From a virus (Duplodnaviria > Caudoviricetes), in IMG/VR virus record IMGVR_UViG_3300027707_001651, positions 1 through 28,095 of that record: 28,095 nt of DNA; one strand, 5' to 3'. How positions within the stretch are numbered: position 1 is the first letter of the stretch; each line of letters begins with the position of its first letter. The notes under the pieces are model-generated. The model saw only the letters and a list, made by a program, of their open reading frames with translations. It did no database searches and had not been told where the DNA came from. Positions 18,421 to 27,400 of this stretch are shown here, piece by piece. The translations under genes and the position numbers were made by a program.

Positions 18421-18426
18421 TAGGAC

Positions 18427-21400
18427 ATGTCGCTCATAGAGAACAAATCGCTTATTCGTGCCGAACAGGAACAGTTCGTCAGGGCAGTATCCGTTGTATC
18501 CACACAGATACACACGAAGGCACAACTAGGGGCAGTAGTACAGTCCTTTGACCCCAACGCAATAGACGGTGACGGCGACGGCATAGTACAAGACGGTTCG
18601 CCCTTTGAGAGACCAGCAGTAATCAGTGCTATCAGTAAAGCCTCACAACGGTTGGGACAGATACTTAGTAAAGCGAAACAAACAAAACAGGGTAGGGCAA
18701 AAGAGTACAACCGTAGATACAACGGTATGTCAGCGAAGGACATAGCAGCAGATGTCGTACCCGACAGTTTTGATAGTTGGGTCGCCAAACAGTATGAGGT
18801 ATTGAGACTAGAACGACCCGACTTACCAGCACTCACAGACGACGTAACACCACAGCAAGCAAAAGAGATAGCTCGTGCCTTAGAGGACTTCGTAGAACCC
18901 GATCTCGTATGGATGCTTTCACAAGACGACGCAGACAAATACAAAGAACTAAAAAAAACAGATAGAAACGCAGCCCTTCGTTTTCTCACCGAAGGGGCTT
19001 TTGACTTTTCACCACAAGCAGTCGCCAAAAACAGACGACTCATAGAACACACACTTACCACCAACCCACAGTTCAGAGAACTCGTGAATAGGTTTGGTAT
19101 GCCAACACTCACCATGTACGGACCAAACATGACTAAGGATCACATGGCAGCAGGTTTCTTTTCCGAAAGGAACGGCATCTCACTAAGCTCGTATCGCAAT
19201 CCAACTTCATCTGGAAAGGTATTCTCGGCAGTTTCTCGTAAATTAGGTAACTGGTTTATGACTGGCATAATGACCCCAGACGTCGGAAGCAAGGACACAA
19301 AAAGGTGGTTAGTACGAGAGGGAAGTCCAGAATCACTACTCGTACACGAGTACGGACACTACTTATCAGACATGATTGGACGCACACTGCCCGAAGATGA
19401 GAAATGGGACAGAAGTAGTGGTAAAGCAATGGCTTGGCGCTTCTCGTACGGTTCTGACTGGAAAGAAACGTTTGAAGCCGTCGGTTGGCCGGAAGCGTAT
19501 GATGAGTACAGTCTTCCGCTCGTAGATGGCACAGACGTCAACGCTCGCAGCAGAAAAAAGCGCGACAGACGAGAAGTTCCGTCAAACATACCCCACATAC
19601 TCACTGGTTATGGTGAGTCATCGCCCAGTGAGGCTTGGGCCGAGTCAATTTCTGCCATCATCGCACACGGCGGCGAAGATAAAGACCTTGTTAGCGAAGG
19701 TATGACGTGGCTAATCAGAGATGCCCTTGACCTTCCTGACAACGACATACGAGAATCACTCACCCCCAAAAGAGCCACACGAGAGATTATTCCAGACGGT
19801 TTCGCCTCACGTGGTGCAACAGTTCAGATCAACAACGAAAAAGACCCTCGCTTTGGTGAAATAACTGACCCGTACGAACTCACAGCAGAGGTTCTGGGAA
19901 CACTTGACGGCGATGACCCGGTTGGCAAGATGGTTCGACGTCTACAAGAGATGAAAGACGATCCTGAACAGTACGGCCGCTTGGTTCAGGCCGGCAATGC
20001 AGATTCCGTTGATGTCCCATTGAACATACGCGCCGCCAACGAAGCAGAAGCAGCGCTACTGGCCGAAGTTCTTATCACAGACCCGGCGTTCGCTGACATG
20101 ATTCGACGTCACGGCATACCTAACTTCTACTTCAGTCAAACAGACCTCAAACTCAAAGGCGATTTTGACGTACGAGGAATTCTCTCAGGTGGTTACGTCG
20201 CAGACGACAGTCCTAACGGGAAGTTCTACCCAGCACGAATAGTGATTGACCTTATCGGCGCTCCACACGAGCGTCAATCACCAGACACACCGTTTGAGCC
20301 AGACAGCCGGGCCGATGTTCAGGAGTACTCAAAAGGCAGAGCACCCGGCAATATCACCCGGAAGTTTGTATCCCGCAGCGACAAGCACGTCATTCGACAC
20401 GAAGGTGGACACGGAGTGCTTGACCAACTGTGGGAAAGGCAATACGAAGGCAAGATCAAGGGCCGAAGGGCGCAACTCATCCGTGCGTACAGCAAACCAA
20501 CGTGGGAAGAGTTCTACAAAGAGCTTGGTCGGCCTGACCTGTGGGCTGAACACCAGAGAGCACTGAGAGCAACGTATCCGAGCCAACAAGGAACAGTCGA
20601 GCGTGCTATTCGACGAGTGATACCCGGCAATCCGAACATATCTGACGAAGTACAACAAGTCGATAGTGCGTACGCATGGTCGAACCCGAAAGAGATGTTC
20701 GCAGAAGGTTTCTCGGCGTACACGTCCTCAAACCCGGCGTTCAGGGGCCTGCTCAACGACACGATGCTTGACCATCTCCAATCGATACTCGGCGATGCTG
20801 ATACAGACATACCAGAGCCGCCGTCAATGCCAGAAAGTCGGGACTTAGACGTAGACGCACCAGAGCCGCCAGCGTGGGATGGTTTCGCATCTACGGGTGC
20901 ACCTATCACGTCGTACAGCGACTTGCGTAGCGACAGGATGTCTAGTCCAAGCGGCAACGGTACGTTCACACGTAGAGAGTTATTTGAGAACACCACCACA
21001 GAACAGAAGCTTGACCTAGCAGTCCCAACAAACGAAAGAGATTGGGCTCTCATGGCTTGGGATGAGCGGCTTGCAGAGATGGGTGTCACTTGGGATGACG
21101 TGAAAAGAATTGACCTTTCAGATCCATTCAAGCCAAAAATACCCAAAGACTTAAGAGAAGGCAAGGAATTTATCCGATACGTAGGCCTTCAGTTGAAACT
21201 AAATACTCCTGACTTTTCACCAGAAAACATACAAGCAAATCGAGAAGCCCTTCGCGCTGCACTTGACGGCACTCCTCGATTCCGTTCTGCAGTGGAACGA
21301 CACGGACTGCCGCCAATCGCAACGATGACCAATCAGACAGCAGAACGTTTGTCCATACTTGGCGTAATGGATCAATGGGTGAAGCGATCCAAGGCCGGCG

Positions 21401-24400
21401 AAAAAATAAATCCTGAAATCCTTGACATCCTCCCGGCATACATCAAATGGAAACAAAAAGACACAATTGAAGCAGAACGAACGGGGCAATGGAATCTATT
21501 CCGACAGTCGCCAGAGGGCATAAAGGCACATCAACTTTCCGAACACTTCAAAGTTATGGGTGGCTACAGTACGGCCGAAAATACAATCATTCTTGCTCCG
21601 AGCCAATTGGACAAGTGGAGGAACGGGACTCGACTTGACCACCAACATTCACCAGAAGCAGGTGATTGGTTAATCGCTGACAACTCAGTTGAAAGCATTC
21701 TGTTACACGAATTTTCCCATCACATTGACTACTCTCAAAGCAAAAACAGAGGATCACGTGCTGACAACTCCTCATTTGCTTCAACTCTTGAAGGCAACAG
21801 ACTATTCGCTGAAGTCGATAAGCACATCAAGACTAGGTATGGACGTACCCAAAGAAGCGAGTTCGCAGCCGAAAGCATTGCCGCCGTGTTATCTGGCAGC
21901 CGCGATCAAGAAGAGATGCTCAGCCCAGAAGCCCGGCGATGGGCTAGAAGTATGGCCGGATTGCCAGAGAATGACCCGGTATTCACTGGCCGCACACGCA
22001 CACAAGATGATCTAGTGACTCGTTATGACCAGTTCGGCCATAGGTGGACAAAACTTGACGGAGGCGATTGGAAGGCCCCTTTTTACGTGTCCCGCAGCCG
22101 CGATGGTGTTCCAGACGTTATTGAATCTATGGCCGAGGCTAAGGAACGAACGGGATTGACGAACTTTGAACCAGTCGTATTCGAGCACGATGGCCGCACG
22201 TTCACCACCCGGCAAGTCAATGACACGTTCTCAATCGAAATAAACGGCAGAACTGTGGCCACTGCAAACGTTGTCGAGAATCAATACGGAATGCCAGAAA
22301 TACAAAACGTTGATGTGTTGCCGGGTTACACGGGTGTAGCAGCAGACAAAGACCTCCATGAGATGGTTGTTGATCACGCCCGGAAGAAGTATCCAAGCGC
22401 GCTTGCGCCCAGAGGAACACCATTGCGCGTGAGGCAGGCCGCGATCCATCAAGACGGCTTTGCTTCAGTAGGCCCGGAACATCACGACGCACGTCAAATT
22501 GACGGGACTGCTGGCACACCAGAGTACGCACAGGCCGTAGCTGGAGAGTTTGAGGCCGCACAAGCAAATGGAAAGAAAGTGTTCTTTGATTACAACGGTG
22601 AGACCAGAGAAGTCGAAGTAACTGAAGTGTTCACAAAGAACGGCATTCTCTACATGAGGGGCAACGACGCTCTTCGTAATGGTGAGGAACGTATGTTCAG
22701 GCTTGATCGAGTATCAATGCCTAAGCGTGTCGAGAACCCGGATACAGGGGCCGCTGAAGTCGTCAAGAAGCCCGGCAAACCACCACGCAAGCCAGTCCCG
22801 GTATTCACGGGTAAGGCAGCAGAACTGTTTGAGGGCGCTGCTTCATGGGAGGAAGTAGCAGCACGCTTAGGCAAAGGCCGCTACGTGTTCTTTGACTTTG
22901 AGACAACGGGTATCGAGGAAGATGAGTTCGGCGGCATGAAGCATCCCGGTACACCAACGCAGATCGGCCTTACCGAAATTGTCGACGGCAAGATCACCCG
23001 GCAATGGTCAACGCACGTCAATCCGGGTAGGCCGCTGTCTATCGATCCAAAAACAGGCCGCTCGTGGTCAGCTGACAATCTGAAGTACAAAGACCCAGAC
23101 ACGGGTGAACTGGTGAACATTAGCGACGAGTGGTTGGCTCAACAGAAGCAGTTATCAGAAGCTCTTGACGAGATGCTTGAGTTCATTGGGCCTATCGAAG
23201 ACACGATACTTGGCGGCCAGAACCACCCTTACGACGATGACGTAATGAAGCGCGCAATGGCAGACGCGGGTCTTGACCCGGCAAGATGGAATCCAGGCGG
23301 CTTCATTGACAGTCAAGCTCTTGCTCAGGCGCTGCTCGACAAGAGCAGTGATGACTATCCAAAGAACGAGAAAGGCACCAAGACTGTTTCTCTTGGTTAT
23401 CTGGCTACGTTCTTGGGCCACGACATGGGTGAGGGCTGGCACTCAGCTGATGCGGATGCTGAAGCATCGTACGAATCATTCAAGCGGCTGATCGACCGCG
23501 CTGCGCTGCACGAGAACTCTGGGAAGCCAGTCAGACGGGACTTGTTCGCTCCCGGTGGCGCGCTGAAGGAACACCAAGAGCGGCTCGATGATTACGAACG
23601 TCAGGTGCGCGGCTATGACTACAAGGTAAAGAGGTACAAAGAACAGGCTGCGGCTGCTACAGAAAGCCCGGCAACAGAAGGTTTCGCATCACGTGGGGCC
23701 AAAAAGATACTTGACTTGGTTAAGGAACGCCGCCGCGCCAAAGACCCAACAGCTTGGAAAAACCTTAAGGAAAAAGAAAAGCAACGTTTAACAAAAGAAT
23801 CTGCCGATAGAGCCATCTTTATGATCAACGAGCTGTCGGATCTTGGTTATGATGCCGAATCACTGAAGAAGATGAACCGCGCAGATCTTGATGGTGTATT
23901 TCTTGACCTATTCCCAGATGGCAGTGTCCGTGTTTCTGACTCCGTCACGGCAAATGATGCGCCGCTCGTTCAGGTCAACAGCGCAACGATGGGCAAGGTG
24001 TTCATGGCTCTGGGCTTCCACGTGGAAGTTGTAAGCAGTGATCCAAATGAGAAATTCATTCTAGAAAATGGCATCAACGACATGCAGAAAGCCCTGCAAG
24101 ATTACGTTGCAGCAGCCGCCTCAGACCCGGCAAGACTAAAGTTTGATGCAGTATTCAAAAATTGGGCAGCCAATGTCAAAGACGCTAACGGCGATCCAAA
24201 ACCGATCGACGTTTCCACGCTTGGTACAGAAGGCGGCATGAGTTACGCAGACGCAGCCAAGCTGTTCGCTGAAACTTTTGAGATTAACCTGTGCCTCTAT
24301 TACACAACTGGCGTCAACATGCTCTGCGGCTCAAACATCGGTATTGAGCGCGTAGAAATGCCACAAGTTAGCGGCCGCTCAATGGGCGACGACACATACG

Positions 24401-27400
24401 CAACACGCTCAATAAAAGCGGGACTAGCGGCAGCCAAAGAGATAGCCATTGACAAGAAAAAACTGGCAGAACTCAAAGATCGTGACCCGGAATTACATGC
24501 ACGGGTCTTGGAGCTACTTGACAAAGAAGCACTCGCAAAACTTGGCAAAGATGGAAAACCAGACCCAAAGTTTGAAATCAAGAACGCTGCAGCCCTTGAG
24601 GAAGTCAGGAAGTTGGCCCAAGCAAAAGACCCACTGGCAAAGGCTTTGTTTGATGTAATGAATTGGAACAACACAGAAGCCGATGCAGTCCCAATAATGG
24701 ATCGGGCAGCAAAGGCACTCGGAATCAACGTCGGCGAGACTGAATTCAAAGACCCAACAACATTGCTTGGTGCGCAGAACGAGCTGCAGGGATCAAAAGT
24801 CGAGGGCATGGCAGATGGCGCAGTTGCGGCCGTACTTGAAGCACTGGAGATACTTAGGGCTCGATTCAATGGACGTGAGCCAACTCAAGACCAACTCATG
24901 GACTATCTTGCCAACGAAATAAAGCACGGCCTGTTTCAGCCCGTACTCACTGCGGGTAACGAAGGCATGCAGAGGTACTTGGTAGACGGACACCATCGTT
25001 GGGCAGGACTGATAGTAGCCAACAAGAAGCTCAAAGAAATGGGACTTGACGTACAAGTTCTACTCAACACCAAGAACTATGAAACAGACATACGTAGCGC
25101 TCTGGAGATTGGAAAAGTAGTCCAAACCTTCATAGGTATCAAGGATGCCAAGCTCTCTGGTGAAGATAAGTTTGTACCCGACCCCAATGTCCCAGAACTC
25201 ACAGCAAAAGAATTTGATGCTGCTATTGAGGCTTTAATAGATCAAGCCAATCTCATTAAGGAGATGGACTTACTTAAGGCAGAAAAAAAATATCGAAAGA
25301 AGGCGCAGTACGGCACAGAGCTTGACGTTGAGGCTGCCCCACAATCCGGGCTGATTCCAAAGAGAAAATTACCCCTGTCAGAAGCCGTACAAATGGCGAT
25401 AGGACAGAACGCCACTCTTGAGCCACAGTCCCGTGTTACCGGAGTGAAGCCGCAATCAACCGGCTACCGGGCTCTTGACTCTGGAATGAAGTGGACCTCA
25501 GTCGAGGACCATGTGCAAATCGAGACAGATCGCGGCAATCCACTGTTTGATACATACAAAGAATACGTTGACGGGGGCTACGAAGTTGCATGGGTGACTC
25601 ATGATGCGAAAGAAGCAGGCCGCTACGCCATCAGCGCCGATCAAGTCAACGCATTTGATCGAGATGAAATCAGCGTTGACCCGGCAAACATTGGTGAAGT
25701 TGATCTTGCGGGTGCAGAACTGGTTGGCAAAGATGATGAAGGCGGCTTCCTCTACGCCCGGAAAAAGCCAACGAAAGCCACCCGGCAACGTATCGAAACG
25801 CTGAAGAGTGAGGAAGAGTACCTCGACGGCTTTGCATCAATGAGCAGCTACCCGGAAGATCGAGATGGCCGAACGAGACCCGGCGACCGCTATCCATTTG
25901 ATGTCAGGCCGTCCGTATTCGACAAGGAAACCTTGGACAACATCTCAATGGACATCACTGCCCAAGAAGCAGACAATGTACTCAACAATAGCCCTTCATT
26001 CACGTTAGACGAACGTGACATCAAGAAAGTGGAAGCGGCCATCAAGAGACTTGAGGGCATGGGTGAACGCGGCAAAAAGAGGGCAGCCAAACTCAGACGG
26101 GACTTAGAGAGAAGGAAGAAAAACGACGAGCAATGGCTTGAGCGAATGCGAAGAGATATGGACTATAAGCCCGTCCAACCATACGTTGGAAAACCCGGCG
26201 ATAAGCCCGGTAAATTCCCGAGTGGCTCATCATTCCCCCAAGACGAACCAGATTGGCTTGACGGGCCAGAAGATTGGCTTGACGAACCCGGTGATTACGA
26301 CGGCTTTGCCTCTACGGGTGAAGACGATGGCTTTACGGGTGAAGTTGTTCTTGACATTGTTGCTGGTGGTCCTCATACATTTGACTCAGATCAACGTCGC
26401 GGCCCAGAGCTACGCGATCGAGAAGTGGTTGCAGACGATTGGAAAACCCGGCAACAGAAGCGCATCGCCGGCGTTCGAGTTCCGGAAAGGGCGGTTGACG
26501 AGAATGGTGCACCAAAGCCGGGTGCACCTATTTATCGAGAAACCGTAAAAATCGGCCGTAAGCAGTACACGTTTGAGGTGGACTCTGATGGCATTGTGAG
26601 CGTTTATACGGGACGAAACTACAAGCAGGTAGCACAACTGAACCTTGATCGCGGCCACTCTATGGAAGGTTCTCGTCGATCAGAGAATCCGAGTCGACAC
26701 TTCATTGACATGGTGATGGTTGATCGCAAGCACCGACGTAAAGGAATAGCCACATACATGGCCGAGATGGCCGAATATGCCTACGGCGGCAAGGTGGAAC
26801 ACTCGACTGCATTGACTTCACTTGGGAAAAAGTGGCGCGATGCTGATGTCGAGAAGCGCGGCGCGACTGCACTCCCGCTGCCCAAAGACTTTGACCCAGA
26901 TGCACCAGTTCTAAGTTGGACACCCGGCGATACACCGCCTGCATGGGCTTGGTGGGACAGCAATGGAAACACCACTGATGGCTTTGCTTCAATGGGTGAG
27001 GCCACCATACCGAAGCCCTCAAAAATGCCGAAGAATGAACGTGAGTACTGGGAAAAACTGTACCCAGACAGAACCGAGGAGGAGTGGAAAGCAATTCGGG
27101 AAGAAATAATCCGGGAAAGTTCTCAGATAATGCGAGAGGGAGGTATTTATGGCACCAATGGCGAGCCTAAATCAACCGTCTCTAATCGGGGAGGTATTTA
27201 TGGCCCCGACACCACCATTTTTGATGCCGAAAAAGCGGAAGAAATACAAAAAAAACTTCAAGAGGCTCTCAAAGGGTTGCAGGAAAAAATAACAGAGACC
27301 AAGAAACCGAAGGATAATACCTACCTAGGCAGATCACGTGAAATCATCGGGACTGTAGAGAAGCGCACTGCAAAAGCCCAAGAAAGAGTTATCAACCTAG

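Noticed and set aside
17834-18551. ORFs 17834..18118 and 18186..18551 (+) and 17726..17962 (-)
   Set aside because: Their translations (P/T/Y/H-rich on the + strand) simply mirror the low-complexity DNA. 18186..18551 also overlaps the true giant ORF start in another frame.
19795-26997. GFAS motifs as DNA-level recombination repeats or intein boundaries
   Set aside because: The codons differ at synonymous positions, spacing is irregular, and no intein C/S...HN motifs are seen.
26250-27205. Short duplications GATTGGCTTGACG (DWLD x2) and GGAGGTATTTATGGC (GGIYG x2)
   Set aside because: These are two-copy local duplications in linkers with no evidence of separate function.
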